Shown here in pieces: positions 44,624 through 56,741 of a DNA stretch of 64,000 nucleotides. Position numbers and translations under genes: made by a program. Each line of letters opens with the position of its first letter. Position 1 is the first letter of the stretch. The notes beneath the pieces are model-generated. The model did not search any database. It was not told where the DNA came from and worked only from the letters and a program-made list of their open reading frames with translations. Origin of the DNA: an uncultured Gemmatimonadaceae bacterium (GTDB taxonomy: Bacteria > Gemmatimonadota > Gemmatimonadetes > Gemmatimonadales > Gemmatimonadaceae); contig CAWHHI010000020.1 in NCBI GenBank assembly GCA_963829055.1, positions 1-64,000 of the forward strand, in the 5' to 3' direction.

Positions 44624-45942
44624 CTATGCTACTCCGTTTTTCATTGCTTTGATGACCCGATCCGCGAACAGATCCACCTCGTCGACCGTCGTGTAGACGT
44701 TCGGCGTGATGCGCATGCCCTTGAACTCGTCCGTCACCATCGGCGTCGTCACGATGTTGTGCTTGCGACAGGAGCCAGCCGCCGAGCTTGCCCATGTCCA
44801 TGCCGTCGATGCCGAAGACGCCGATCGCGCCGCTCGTCGTTCGGGCCGATCGGCGTGATCATCTGCACGCGGTCGCTCGCCGCGAGGAGCTGCTTCGCCC
44901 ACCGGTCGCGCAGGTAGCGCAGCCGCGCGATCTTCCGCTCCATGCCGATACCGCGGTTGAACGCGATCGCGACCGCGATCGCGTTGTGGTTCGCGGCCGG
45001 ATGCGTGCCGATCTCCTCGTACTTCCGGATGTTGTCTTCCTGCTCGACGCCGCCCGCCATGAGCGGCCAGAGCGACTTGATCTTGTCGCGCCGCACGTAG
45101 AGGAAGCCGGTGCCGATCGGCGCGTGCAGCCATTTGTGGAGGCTCGTGCCGTAGTAGTCGGCGCCGAGCTCGTCGCGCGTGAACGGGAAGTGCGCGAACG
45201 CGTGCGCGCCGTCGACGAACACCTGAATGCCCTTCGGCTTCGCGAGCTCGACGATCTCGCGCACCGGCGCGATGTAGCCGGTCATGAAGCTGATGTGCAT
45301 CACCTCGATCACGCGCGTGCGCGGCGTGATCGCGGCCGCGATCTGGCTCGACGTACGACTCCGTGCTCTTCACCGGCGTCTCGATCTTCACCGGCTTGAG
45401 CACGATGCCGTCGCGCCGCTGCGCGCTGCTTCCACGCGTTCTGCATGCGCGGGTAGTTCTGCGTCGTGATAGATCGACTTCGTCGCCGGCCTTGAGGTCG
45501 AGACCGAAGATCATCGTCTCGTTGCGCCTCGGACGCGTTGCGCGTGATCGCCATCTCCTCCGGATCGCAGCCGAACTCCTTCGCCAGGTCGCGGCGCACC
45601 GACTCGATGCGCGGCTCGAGCACGCGCCACATGTGCTCCGATCGGCAGCTCGTTCGAGAACCGGAGGTCTCGAATCATCTGCTCGAGCACGTGCGTCGGC
45701 GCGGGGCTGCAGCCGCCGTTGTTCAGGTTGATCATCGTGCGGTCGAGATCGAACGCGCGCTGGATCTCGCGCCAGTACGTCTCGTCCTCCGCCACCGACA
45801 CGTTCGGCCGACCGGCGGCAATGGGCTCGGCCTGGAGGAGCCGGCGGAAGGCCGATTCGCGCATGACGGGTAGCGACGCGCCCGCACCGATCATCGACGA
45901 GACGAAGGTTCGACGTGTAGTCACAGTAGTCCTTGTGGTCAT
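44624..45942 (-). CDS. Class V PLP-dependent enzyme (isopenicillin-N-epimerase-like), Tat signal; several frameshifts
   Basis: TRRTFV Tat motif, INLNNGGCSPAP, VDGAHAFAH and SLHKWLHAPIGTG (PLP Lys). Confidence 0.9.
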
Positions 45943-46128
45943 GCACCACGTTCGGACGGAAAGGCCGCTCGATCAAGGGTGGTACGCGTGTATCGGGTGT
46001 TACGACGGGACCCACGCTGACTGTCCTATTCCCAACCGTCTGGCGGTGCCCCCCTCGCGCCCGTAACGTTGGCGCTACCCAAACTGGTCGAACTTACGGC
46101 CAGTTACCCGAACGAGCGAGTCAGTCCT

Positions 46129-48062
46129 ATGACGCGATGGATCTCCTACGCCGCTGTCGCTGTCCTCGCCGTTGCACGCCCGACACCACCACCACTCGAC
46201 ACCGTCTCACCTAACGACAATCGACGAGCCGCCGGCACGCTCGACAGGGGAGTGCTCACCGTCGCGCTCGAGGCACGATCCGGCGAGTGGCGTCCCGAAG
46301 GCGAGAACGGACGAGCGGTGGACGTGGCCGCGTTCGCCGAGGAGGGCAAGCCACTCTCGACGCCAGGGCCGCTGATTCGTGTGCCGGTCGGGACGCAGAT
46401 TCACGCGACCATCCGCAACCGCCTCGACAAGCCGCTCATCGTCTACGGCTTCGGCAAGACGCGCGGCCTCTCGGATAGCGTCATCGTGCCCGTGGGCACG
46501 TCCATGCCGGTGTCCTTCACGGCCGACGCCGCGGGGACCTACTACTATCTGGCCAAACGGGGAGTGGACATCGTCGGCGGCCGTCCGTCCGAGGATACTC
46601 AGCTCCACGGGTTGATTGTCGTGGAACCGGCCGGCGCGCGACGTGACGCCGCCGACCGCATCATGGCGCTCTCGTGGTGGTGCAACGTCAATCCGGCGAG
46701 CCGCACCGGCCTGTCGCGCTGCACGATGACGATGAACGGTCTGTCGTGGCCGCACACCGAACGCCTCGAATACACGCAGGGCGATTCCATTCGCTGGCGG
46801 GTGGCGAACTTCACGGAGCTCGACCACCCGATGCATCTCCACGGATTCTTCTTCCGTGCCGATGCGAAGGGCGACGGCGTGCGCGACACGGTCTACGCGC
46901 CGAGTCAGCGCCGGATGGGCGTGACCGAAGTGATGAAGCCGTTCCAGACACTGTCGCTCGCGTGGAAGGCGGACCGCCCGGGCAACTGGATCTATCACTG
47001 CCACTACGCGGTGCACCTCTCGGGGCTCGTCGCACTCGACACCGAGGACGGTGGCCTCGACACGACGATGCTGTCGCATCACGAATCGGACCGACCGCAT
47101 CAGAATGTTCGGGCTCGTCATGGGGATTACCGTCGCGCCGAAGGGCCCGCAGGCGCGCCTATACCGGCCCGACCCGCGAGATCCGCATTCTGCAGCGCGA
47201 GAAGCCTAACGTGTACGGCGATCAGCCGGGAATGTCGTTCGTGCTCGACGGGACGCCTGACGCGACGAACCCCGACGCGCTGACCATTCCCGGCCCGACA
47301 CTCGTGCTCGAGCGCGGCAAGCGCGTGGCCGTGACGATCGTCAACCAGTCGAACGATCACGCCGCCGTGCACTGGCACGGCATCGAGCTCGAGAGCTATC
47401 CCGACGGCGTGCCCGGATGGAGTGGATCGGGCACGAACATCCTCCCGGCGATCGCGCCACACGACTCGCTCACGGTGCGGTGGGTTCCGCCGCACAGTGG
47501 GTCATTCATGTACCACTCGCATTTCGCGGAAGTGAAGCAGATGGGCAGCGGGTTGTACGGTCCGATCATCGTGGTGGAACCGGGACAACGGTTCGATCCC
47601 GAGACGGACAAGGTGCTGTTCTTCGGCACGGCGGGCTCGCCGCAGAACGTCGTGTTCGGGCCTTTCCCCGAGTTCGTCATGAACGGGAAGCGGCAGCCGG
47701 ACGCAATGACCTTCAAGGCGGGAACGCGCTATCGGTTCCGTCTGTTCAATCTGGCGGGTGACAGTCCAATGGAAGTGTCGCTGAACGCGGGCGGTGCGCC
47801 GGTCAAATGGCGCGCGGTGGCGAAGGACGGCTATGCGTTGCCGCCGTCGCAGGCGACGGTGCGGCCGGCGACGCTGATCTTCGACCCGGGGGAGATCTAT
47901 GATTTCGAGATCACACCGTCGGCCGCGGGCGAGCTGGTGCTGAAGTTCGGCGTGCCGTCGTACATGATCCCGCCGCCGCCCGCGCCGGGCGCACCGCCCC
48001 CTCAGGGCCCGGTCCCGGCGCCACCGCCACCGATCATCAGCGTGCCGATCCACGTGCGGTGA
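46129..48062 (+). CDS. Multicopper oxidase with permuted domain order; indels near 47105-47160
   Basis: HPMHLHG and YHCHYAVH come before VHWHG and MYHSH. Confidence 0.85.
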
Positions 48063-48109
48063 TTGCCTGAGGACGAAATGGAAGGTATGGGAAGGTATGG
48101 GGAAGGTAT

Positions 48110-48187
48110 GGAGTCAGACTCGAGTCTGACTCGATTTGTAGCGTTCTGTTGCTACGTAATTGGGGTCAGACTCGAGTCTGACCCCAA
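48110..48187. repeat. REP family A doublet (REPIN-like)
   Basis: Two palindromes around TTTGTAGCGTTCTGTTGCTACGT; preceded by three GGAAGGTATG units. Confidence 0.9.
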
Positions 48188-48218
48188 ACTCCCAAACTCC
48201 TGCGATGATACGGTACCG

Positions 48219-48935
48219 TTAGGCGATCCGCTCGTACCACGCCAACGGCTCCGGAAGCTCCTCGGCCGCGAAGTCCAGGTGCACCACCCGACGGTGGCCC
48301 GGCACCGTCGCCTGCGACGACGCGTGCAGGATCAACGGACGCAGCGCGAGGATCGCGCCCCGTTCCGCGACGCAATCGACTGACGGGCTTCCGTTGCGCC
48401 AGGCGTCGATCGCCGACGCCGACAGTTGGCCCACACGGTGCGACCGCGCGAGTACGCGCACGGGACCATTCTCAGGACCACAGTCGTCCAGATGAATACG
48501 GACGGCGAGCATCCGCTCGAGAATCTCGATCGGCGGCTGCACGTGCGTGACGCCCGCCTTCTCGCTCCACGGCCCGAAGCCGGCGGTGATGACGCGCGAG
48601 TGAACCGCGATCGTCAGGTCCTGATGCCACATGACCTTCGAATTCGCGGCCGCTGTCGTGTCGAACAGGATCCCGCGGACCGCGAAACAGTGCGGGCCCA
48701 GCACCGCCTCGGCTACCTGCCTCACCGCCGCCGACGTCGCGAGATCGCGCACCGCAGCAGACACCTCGAACAGGTTGCGGATGCCACCGCGTGCGACCTC
48801 CGGATCGGTCAACCCCGACAGCTCCGCCGCGAGCCGATCGACCATGAGTTGAGGAACCACCGGTCCCGTCCTCGCGAACCCGTCCTGCTCGATCGCGGCC
48901 GCGACCTGTGATTGCTCCACCGTACTCAACTCCAC
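48219..48935 (-). CDS. Phytanoyl-CoA dioxygenase-family 2OG-Fe(II) oxygenase
   Basis: WHQDLTIAV, RIHLDDCGPENGPVRV and LILHASS..RRVVHL. Confidence 0.9.
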   Translation of the reverse strand: MELSTVEQSQVAAAIEQDGFARTGPVVPQLMVDRLAAELSGLTDPEVARGGIRNLFEVSAAVRDLATSAAVRQVAEAVLGPHCFAVRGILFDTTAAANSKVMWHQDLTIAVHSRVITAGFGPWSEKAGVTHVQPPIEILERMLAVRIHLDDCGPENGPVRVLARSHRVGQLSASAIDAWRNGSPSVDCVAERGAILALRPLILHASSQATVPGHRRVVHLDFAAEELPEPLAWYERIA

Positions 48936-49010
48936 GCGGCACTCCGGCTGGCGGTATGACGAAGCTTAGTGCTTCTTCTCTTGTTCGGGGTCCGATGGAG
49001 CAGAGCGATC

Positions 49011-50360
49011 ATGGCCATCTCGAATTTTTCTGTAGACGATACGATACGCGGATCCCTTGCGCCCGGGTACGAGCGCGTGGGCGACGTGTTCCGCGGCTTC
49101 ATCGACAACAGGTGGGACACGGGCGCGGGCGTGTCGGTCTACGTCCGCGGTGAGCCCGTCGTGCGGCTCACCGGCGGCGCGCGCATCTCGGCCACCACCG
49201 CCGGCGTCGGCAACGATATCGCTCACGCGCTTCCTTATGACGACCAGACCATCCAACTCGTCGCGTCGGCCACGAAGTTCGTCGAGTCGCTCTGCGTGAT
49301 GATGCTCGTCGACCGCGGCCTTCTGAGCTACGACGACCGCATCGTCGACCACTGGCCGGGGTTCGCCGGGGGCCATGCAGGAAAGGAGCAGGTCACTGTC
49401 CGCCAGCTCATGATGCACCGCGCTGGCCTCCCGGTATTCGAACGAAAGCTCGGCGACGAGGAGCTGTTCGATCACAACGCGCGCGCCCGCTTCCTCGAGC
49501 GGCAGCCGCAGGTCGCGGAGCTGTTCGAGCCCGAGCCGGGTGACGGGACGTGGCGGACGCAGCACCCTGCCCCGCCGCAGGCCTATCACGCGGTGTCGCG
49601 CGGACTCTACTCGTCCGAGCTGCTGCGCTGCGTCGATCCCCAGCATCGCCGCCTTGGGGTCTTCTTCCGCGACGAGATCGCTGAGCCGCTCGGCATCGAC
49701 TTCTGGATCGGCCTGCCTGACGAGAACGCCGCGCGCATCTCGGCGACCCGTCCCGATCCGACGGTGATCATGCGTCTCATGTCAGGCGACGTGGGGTCAC
49801 TGATCGGATCGGGAGATCCGCGTTATGCGCTGCATAACTACGAGGTCGCGTTTCTGACGCAGCTGCTCACGGCACCAGACTCGATCCCGAGCCGAGCGCT
49901 CAATTGTCTGGCGCCGAGTGGTGTGGCGCCGCAGGAGCTGGCGAATCATCCGAAGTTACGCGGGTGCGAGCTCGCGTCTTCGAGCGGCTTCGGCAGTGCG
50001 GACGCGCTCGCCCGACTGGCGGTACTCGTCGCGTCGGGTGGATCGTTAGGCAGCGTGCGGATCTTCTCGTCCGACCGTACGCTTCGCGACGCGATCGAGC
50101 CGGCGGGCGGGTACGCAGCGGACGGCATGATGCTCACTCCGGTCGCGTTCACGCAGGGCGGCTTCGGGCGCTTCGTGCACGAGACGACACAGACGACGAG
50201 CATCGGCTGGGGTGGCGCGGGCGGGCAGATGGTGCGCTTCGTCCCTGATCTGGACCTGGCGATCGGGTACGTGACGAACACGCTGGGCTCGCGCATGGCG
50301 ATGAACGATCCGCGCGGGCTCATGCTGCTCGCTGCGGCAACCCAGTGCGCGAGTGCGTGA
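49011..50360 (+). CDS. Serine hydrolase (EstA/beta-lactamase family)
   Basis: SATK (SxxK), VRQLMMHRAGL, YHA, EIAEPLGIDFWIG and GWGGAGG. Confidence 0.88.
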   Translation: MAISNFSVDDTIRGSLAPGYERVGDVFRGFIDNRWDTGAGVSVYVRGEPVVRLTGGARISATTAGVGNDIAHALPYDDQTIQLVASATKFVESLCVMMLVDRGLLSYDDRIVDHWPGFAGGHAGKEQVTVRQLMMHRAGLPVFERKLGDEELFDHNARARFLERQPQVAELFEPEPGDGTWRTQHPAPPQAYHAVSRGLYSSELLRCVDPQHRRLGVFFRDEIAEPLGIDFWIGLPDENAARISATRPDPTVIMRLMSGDVGSLIGSGDPRYALHNYEVAFLTQLLTAPDSIPSRALNCLAPSGVAPQELANHPKLRGCELASSSGFGSADALARLAVLVASGGSLGSVRIFSSDRTLRDAIEPAGGYAADGMMLTPVAFTQGGFGRFVHETTQTTSIGWGGAGGQMVRFVPDLDLAIGYVTNTLGSRMAMNDPRGLMLLAAATQCASA

Positions 50361-50902
50361 CATTGTAATGGCGAGCGTCATCCATCGCGCCGCGGGCAGA
50401 GGCGAACGCGCGACTCCAACAGGACGCAGAACTCGCAGACGCTGTCGCGCCCGAAGCAGAAGGAGCGACAACGGACCGCTCTGGGACATGTCGCGGTCCG
50501 CCAAGCTTCTGGCCACAGGGATCACCTTCGGGACGCATCGGCCTGCGCGATCGCTTCGCTATCGCTCGGGATGACACACACGGCCGCGGGCAGGCGAATG
50601 CGTCCCGAGCGGCGGGTTTCTGCGTTCCTCTGCGTTACGGCCGCGTCAGCGGCGCCTGCGCATTCTGCGTGCGCTGTCGGACCCGAGACCCACCTGTATT
50701 CGCATGAAGGGCACGCCAACGAGAACGATCGAGAAGCTCTCTCGTCATGCACCGCCCGCGGCTGGTTCCCGCGCTCCTCGGAATGACATTGCCGCTCTGA
50801 CTCGCCTATGACCACGATCTGACAGCCGACGCTGGCGAGCGCGTTCGCGGACGACGACGTTGCGTAGACCACCCCGTGACGCGTGCGTCAGGAGGCAACC
50901 TC

Positions 50903-53410
50903 ATGAACTCCGTCCTCGTGCAGCTTCGCCTCGCCAGTCGGCGCCTCGGGCGCGCGCCCGCGTTCGCGCTCGCCGCCGTGCTCACGCTCACGCTCGGCAT
51001 CGGTGCGACGACCGCGGTGTTCAGCGTCATCAATGGTGTGCTGCTGCAGCCGCTGCCGTATGTGCGGCCCGAGCGACTCGTCGATCTGTCACACACGATC
51101 ACGATTTCCGGCGCGTCTCGCATCGAGCAGTCCGACGCGACGTATCTCTACTACCGGCGAGCGAACCACGCCTTCAGTGGCATCGCGGCCTATCGCGTTG
51201 CCGACGTGAACGTCGGCAGCTTGAGTGCCACCGCCGGTGGCACCGCAGGCGATGACAATCGCGCGGAACGCGTCGCCGCCGGACGTGTGAGCGCGACCCT
51301 GTTCGGCGTGTTAGGCGTGCCGGCGCTCCGCGGCCGAGCGCTCACGGACGACGACGATCGCCCAGGCGCTCCGCCAGTCGTCGTACTCGGCCAGCGCCTG
51401 TGGGAGCGCAAATTCGGCGGCGATCCGGCGGTCGTCGGACGCCGGCTTCAGATCGACGGCGTGTCGCGCGAAGTCGTCGGTGTGATGCCAGCCCGCTTTC
51501 GACTCCCGACGGCGAAGAGCGACCTGTGGGTGCCGCTCGGCATCGATCCGGCGAACACCGCATCGGCCGCGTTCGACTACCGCGGCGTCGCGCGCCTCCG
51601 AGACGGTGTGTCGCTCCAGGCCGCGGCGGCTGATCTGCAGCGGCTGCTCCCCGAAGTTCCCGTGGCCTTTCCTGGCCGTCTGACCGTGTCCTCGATCTCG
51701 CAGATTCGCATGCAGGCCGTGGTCACGCCGCTCCGCGACGTCGTCGTCGGCGATGTCGGCCGCGTGCTGTGGGTGGTGCTCGGCGCTGTGGGGTGCGTGC
51801 TGCTCGTCGCGTGTGCAAACGTCATGAACCTGTTTCTCGTGCGGGCGGAAGGCCGGCAACACGAGGTCGCGGTGCGGCGGGCGTTAGGCGCCGGGCGCTG
51901 GGCGCTCGTCATGGAGTTCATGTCCGAAGGAATCGTGCTGGCGGCGATCGGTGGCACGCTCGCGATCGGGCTCGCGGCTGTCGGCGTGCGCGTCCTGCGG
52001 TCGCTCGAGGGCGCGATCGACATCCCGCGCGTGGGCGACGTCGGCATCGATGGCGCTGTGCTCGCGGTGGCGGGCGGCGTGACGATCCTGGCCGCGTTGC
52101 TCGTGAGCGCGCTCCCGTCACTCAGATCGGCCTCCGTCGCGCCCGCGGGATTGCTGAGCGACGCTGGTCGCTCGACCACCGCCGGGCGGAGACGCCATCA
52201 CGTTAGGCACGGCCTCGTCGTCGCCCAGTTGGCGCTCGCGCTCGTGTTGCTCGCCGGCGCCGGACTCATGGCGCGGAGCTTCGCCAGTCTGCGCGCTGTC
52301 CCTGCAGGATTCGACGCGACGAACGCCTTCACCGTGCGAGTCGCGCTGCCGAGATCGAACTATTCCGCGCCGGGCGCGGCGGCGCGCTACATCATCCGCG
52401 CCACCGACGAGATCGCGGCACTCCCGGGCGTGCAGGGCGTGGGCGTCGCGACCAAGCTGCCTCTCGTGGCCGAAGCGAGGCAGGATACCGCGGCATTCGT
52501 GGAGGGTCGACCGCTGGCGCCGGGCACGATGCCCGCGTTGCATCAGGTCGTGTTCGCGAGCCCCGGCTACTTCCGCGCCCTGGGAGTGCCGCTCATCGCG
52601 GGACGCGCGTTCGAGCGTCCGGATCCAGAGCGCGCCGTTCGCGAGGTGATCGTGAGCCGCTCGGTGGCTGATCGCTACTGGCGTGGCGAAGCAGCGATCG
52701 GCAAGCGGCTGCGGTTGGCGCCTGTGGGGGATTTGTACACGGTCGTTGGAGTCGCCGGTGACGTGCGCGGCACGGCGCTCGATCAGCCGCCGGACGAGAT
52801 CATCTACGTTCCGCTCGTCGTCGCGTTAGGCGCGAGCCGCCCCGGTGTTCCGGACACACGGTGGACGCCGCGAGAAGTTGCGTTCGTCGTGCGCACCGAC
52901 CGCGACGTGGCGACGATCGCACCGCGTGTCGAAGCGGCGGTGCGTGCGATCGACCCGAGCGTCCCGACGTACGGTGCACGCGCGGTGACGGAGATCGTCG
53001 CCCAGGCGTCGGCACGGACGTCGTTCACGCTCGTGCTCCTCGGTATCGCGTCGACGCTGGCGCTGGTGCTCGGTGCCGTGGGGATCTATGGGGTGATCTC
53101 GTACGTGGTGAGTCTCCGGACACGCGAGATCGCGATCCGGATGGCGTTAGGCGCTCGACCTCAGGACGTTCGGCGCATGGTCTCGCGGCAGGCGGCGTCG
53201 GTGGCAGCCGTCGGAATCGTAGTGGGCCTGGTTGGTGCGCTGGCGCTCATGCGTCTGCTGCGCGCGCTGCTGTTCGGGGTGAGTCCGACGGATCCGGTGG
53301 CACTCGCGGGGGCTGCTGTGTTGCTGATCGCCGTCAGTGCGGCGGCGAGTTGGATCCCGGCGCGCCGAGCGGCGAGCCTGGATCCGGCGCAGGCGCTGCG
53401 GGCGGAATGA
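50903..53410 (+). CDS. ABC transporter permease, duplicated MacB-PCD/FtsX (ADOP type)
   Basis: LTLGIGATTAVFSVINGVLLQPLPY, ACANVMNL, RTREIAIRMALGA and PARRAASLDPAQALRAE. Intact ORF. Confidence 0.93.
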   Translation: MNSVLVQLRLASRRLGRAPAFALAAVLTLTLGIGATTAVFSVINGVLLQPLPYVRPERLVDLSHTITISGASRIEQSDATYLYYRRANHAFSGIAAYRVADVNVGSLSATAGGTAGDDNRAERVAAGRVSATLFGVLGVPALRGRALTDDDDRPGAPPVVVLGQRLWERKFGGDPAVVGRRLQIDGVSREVVGVMPARFRLPTAKSDLWVPLGIDPANTASAAFDYRGVARLRDGVSLQAAAADLQRLLPEVPVAFPGRLTVSSISQIRMQAVVTPLRDVVVGDVGRVLWVVLGAVGCVLLVACANVMNLFLVRAEGRQHEVAVRRALGAGRWALVMEFMSEGIVLAAIGGTLAIGLAAVGVRVLRSLEGAIDIPRVGDVGIDGAVLAVAGGVTILAALLVSALPSLRSASVAPAGLLSDAGRSTTAGRRRHHVRHGLVVAQLALALVLLAGAGLMARSFASLRAVPAGFDATNAFTVRVALPRSNYSAPGAAARYIIRATDEIAALPGVQGVGVATKLPLVAEARQDTAAFVEGRPLAPGTMPALHQVVFASPGYFRALGVPLIAGRAFERPDPERAVREVIVSRSVADRYWRGEAAIGKRLRLAPVGDLYTVVGVAGDVRGTALDQPPDEIIYVPLVVALGASRPGVPDTRWTPREVAFVVRTDRDVATIAPRVEAAVRAIDPSVPTYGARAVTEIVAQASARTSFTLVLLGIASTLALVLGAVGIYGVISYVVSLRTREIAIRMALGARPQDVRRMVSRQAASVAAVGIVVGLVGALALMRLLRALLFGVSPTDPVALAGAAVLLIAVSAAASWIPARRAASLDPAQALRAE

Positions 53411-53461
53411 GGCCAGATAGGCCGTAGGAAGGAGGCCTTAGGAAGGAGGGAGCAGCGGCGT

Positions 53462-53593
53462 GTCATCCCGAGCGTCAGCGAGGGATCTTCTCGAGACGTC
53501 ATCGTGGCCAGTCCGGCTACGATGCCATCACAGCAGGTCCCTCCATTCGTCGCTGCGCTCCTCAGGGCAGGCTCTGGCGCTCCTCAGGCTGAC
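53462..53593. repeat. Repeat family B copy (degenerate right arm)
   Basis: GTCATCCCGAGCGTCAGCGAGGGATC..., with an internal segment similar to the 39397 copy. Confidence 0.75.
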
Positions 53594-53641
53594 ACGCCGT
53601 TTGAGCTGATGGCCGATGGCCGATGGCTGGTAGCTGCAGTT

Positions 53642-55464
53642 TTAGAATCCGGGCGGGTGCTCGCCGGCCACATTGAACGATCGCTCCATCGCGAGCCCCA
53701 CGCGCGCGATCGTTCCCTCGTCGAACATGCGGCCGATCAGCGTCACCCCGTGCGGCACGCGACGCGGCGGGTTGAACTTCGGCAGCGGATTCGCCGGATC
53801 GGGGGCCCAGTCGCTCCGTGCCTCGCCGACCTCGACGAACCCCGCCCGCAGCGTCAGCGACGGATGCCCGGTGAAGTTCGTGACCGTGAGGATCTCGTCG
53901 CGCAGTGATGGCACGAGCATGAGGTCGACCTGCGACATCATGCGCTGCATTTCCATCGCGAACTTCCGTCGCAGGCGATCCCCCTGCACGAAGTCGACCG
54001 CCGAGAGGAACCGCGCCTCGCGGAACAGGTTCGGCCACGCGTCAGGCACCTGGACCTTGAGCTGATCGTCCTGGCCACTCAGCGTCAGCTCCTCGAACGC
54101 CGCCGCGGCCTCGGCGAAGAGGACGGGCATGAGCGAGCTGTGCGGCCAGTTCGGCCAGCGTCAGCTCCATCGGCGACATGCCTAACGTCTTGACTCGATC
54201 GAGCGCGGCGCGATCGACATCCGTGGCCGGCGCCTCCTTCATCCACACCGGGAAGTAGCCCACCTTGAGACCGGCGACCGATCCGCCCGCATCGAAATCC
54301 AGATGGCTCGGCACACTCGCCACGTCGCCGGCATCCGGGCCCGTGATCGCCTGCAGCACGAGCATCGCGTCCTCGACGCTGCGCGTCATGGGCCCGAGCT
54401 TGTCGAGCGACCAGCACAGCGTCATCGCGCCGGTGCGCGGAACGCGACCGTACGTCGGACGCAAGCCGGTGACGCCACAGCGCATCGCCGGCGCGACGAT
54501 GCTGCCGCCCGGTCTCGCTGCCGATCGAGAAGCCGACGAGCCCCGCGGCCGTTGCGGCGCCCGGGCCAGCGCTCGATCCGGACGCGCCCTCCTCGAGCAG
54601 CCACGGGTTCATCGTCTGACCGCCGAACCAGATGTCGTTGAGCGCCAGCGCGCCCAGGCTCAGCTTCGCGATGAGCACCGCGCCGGCATCGGTGAGTCGC
54701 TTGACGACGGCACTGTCGGCGTTAGGCACGCGATTGCGGTACGGCTCGGCGCCCCACGTCGTGGGAATCCCGGCGGTGTCGAGCAGATCCTTCACGCCGA
54801 ACGGAATGCCATGCAGCGGACCTCGATACTTTCCAGCCGCGATCTCCGCGTCGGCCTGCTTCGCTTTCGCGAGTGCCTGCTCGCGTGTGAGCGTGATGAT
54901 GCAGCGGATCTTCGGATCGAGCCGCTCGATACGTGCGAGGTAGATCCCCGTGAGTCGTTCGGACGTGAGCTTTCGGCTCTGAATCCATCGAGAGAGCCGG
55001 GTGACGGGTGCGAACGCGATCTCGTCGTCGGTCGCGGGGAGTGGCCCAGCGATCGGCGGCTGACCGCACGAACCGATCGCGCTGGTGGTCAGCGTTAGGC
55101 CCGGCAGCATCGGATCCCACACCGTCGCCGGCGCGAGCTCGGGCTCGAGCGCGACCTTTCTCGGACCCGTGCGACGCTCCAGCATCGGCGCCATCGCCCG
55201 CCGCCAACTGCCGACGGCCATCGCGCGCTCGGCCTCCGTCATCGTCACCTGCATCAGCTTCTCGGCCTCGGCGAACGTCGTCGCGGTGACCTCGGGGCCG
55301 GCGGCGGGTGCGGTGTTGAACGCGACGGGCGCGCCGGGCGTCGTCGGCGTCCCTGACGGCGTCGCGGGAGACTGCTTGGCGGTCTCGCCTTCACCACGAC
55401 AGGCGGCGACGGCGCCGAGTACCCCGAGCGGGGCGCGGATGAGGAATTGTCTGCGAGTGTTCAC
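53642..55464 (-). CDS. Amidase signature-family enzyme, Tat signal; frameshifts near 54510 and 54140
   Basis: TRRQFL, GPLHGIPFGVKDL, GSSAG, GSET(G) and CGVTGLRPTYGRV. Confidence 0.92.
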
Positions 55465-55561
55465 GGCGGCTCCGAGAGTGGACGTCGAACGGCGCGACGA
55501 ATCTATCGAGCCGCTGCTCGTCGCCGTGAGCAGTCACGCTCGTGCACGCTCGGCGTGCGTT

Positions 55562-55585
55562 GGGGTCAGACTCGAGTCTGACCCC
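55562..55585. repeat. REP family A copy overlapping the 3' end of the LLM gene
   Basis: GGGGTCAGACTCGAGTCTGACCCC supplies the last codons and the stop of the LLM ORF. Confidence 0.88.
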
Positions 55586-56573
55586 AACTCCGCGCACGAC
55601 TCGCCTCCATCGCGAGCTCGTACGACGCCAGCCGCGCCGCATGATCGAAGATCTGCGACGCGACCATCAGCTCATCCGCGCCTGTGCGCGCGACGATCTC
55701 GTCCAGACCTGCTCGCACCTGGTCGCGCGTGCCCACGACGCTGTACGACAGCATGTCGTCGAGCATCGCCCGCTCGAACGGCGCGAGCGACTGCTCGAAT
55801 CCATCCGCTGGTGGCTTGAGCGGACCCGGACGACCGCGACGCAGGTTGATGAACGCCTGCTGCAACGACGTAAATAGCCGGCGCGCCTCCGCCTCCGACT
55901 CGGCCGCGAAGACGTTGACCCCGAGCATCGCGTACGGCTGCTCCAACTGCGGCGACGGCCGGAATTGCGTGCGGTACACATCGAGCGCTTGCTCGAGCAT
56001 CGCCGGCGCGAAGTGCGACGCGAACGCGAATGGCAGGCCGAGCGCGGCCGCCAACTGTGCGCCGAACAGGCTCGAGCCAAGGATCCAGATCGGCACCTCG
56101 AGGCCGGCGCCGGGCACCGCTCGCACCGCTTGCCCCGGCTCCGCCGGCCGGAAGTACGCCATGAGCTCGAGAACGTCCTGCGGAAATGTGTCGCCAGCGG
56201 CCGGTGAACGCCGCAGGGCTCGCGCGGTGATCTGATCTGACCCAGGTGCACGGCCGAGCCCGAGGTCGATCCTGCCAGGATAGAGTGAGGCCAGCGTGCC
56301 GAACTGTTCGGCGATGACGAGCGGCGGGTGGTTAGGCAGCATGATGCCACCGGCGCCGACTCTGATGGTCGACGTTCCTCCGGCGACGTAACCGATGAGC
56401 ACGGACGTCGCCGCGCTCGCCACGCTCGGAATGTTGTGATGCTCCGCCAGCCAGAACCGGCGGTAGCCCAGCCGTTCCGCGTGACGCGCGAGGTCGAGAC
56501 TGTTCCGGAATGAAGCGGCCGCGTCGCCACCCTCGACGATCGGGGCGAGGTCGAGCACTGACAGCGGAATCAT
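55566..56573 (-). CDS. Luciferase-like (LLM class) flavin-dependent oxidoreductase
   Basis: [37 protein letters not shown] and [11 protein letters not shown]. Confidence 0.93.
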   Translation of the reverse strand: MIPLSVLDLAPIVEGGDAAASFRNSLDLARHAERLGYRRFWLAEHHNIPSVASAATSVLIGYVAGGTSTIRVGAGGIMLPNHPPLVIAEQFGTLASLYPGRIDLGLGRAPGSDQITARALRRSPAAGDTFPQDVLELMAYFRPAEPGQAVRAVPGAGLEVPIWILGSSLFGAQLAAALGLPFAFASHFAPAMLEQALDVYRTQFRPSPQLEQPYAMLGVNVFAAESEAEARRLFTSLQQAFINLRRGRPGPLKPPADGFEQSLAPFERAMLDDMLSYSVVGTRDQVRAGLDEIVARTGADELMVASQIFDHAARLASYELAMEASRARSWGQTRV

Positions 56574-56741
56574 GGTGATACCGTCGTTCGCGTTAGGTAG
56601 CGTGGGGTTGCACGTCGCACCAGGGAACGGCGAACGCAGCGATCATTCCAGACGCCTGCATGCGGTCCGATCCGTACCGACGTCCGCCGGGTGAGCGGTG
56701 GCTCATGCGGCAGGGAACCAGACCGTCTCTGGTGCGGAATC

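Noticed and set aside
53600..53640. Short GATGGCC heptamer repeats, and GGAAGGTATG repeats near 48080
   Set aside because: Only 2-3 units of low-complexity intergenic sequence with no further structure.
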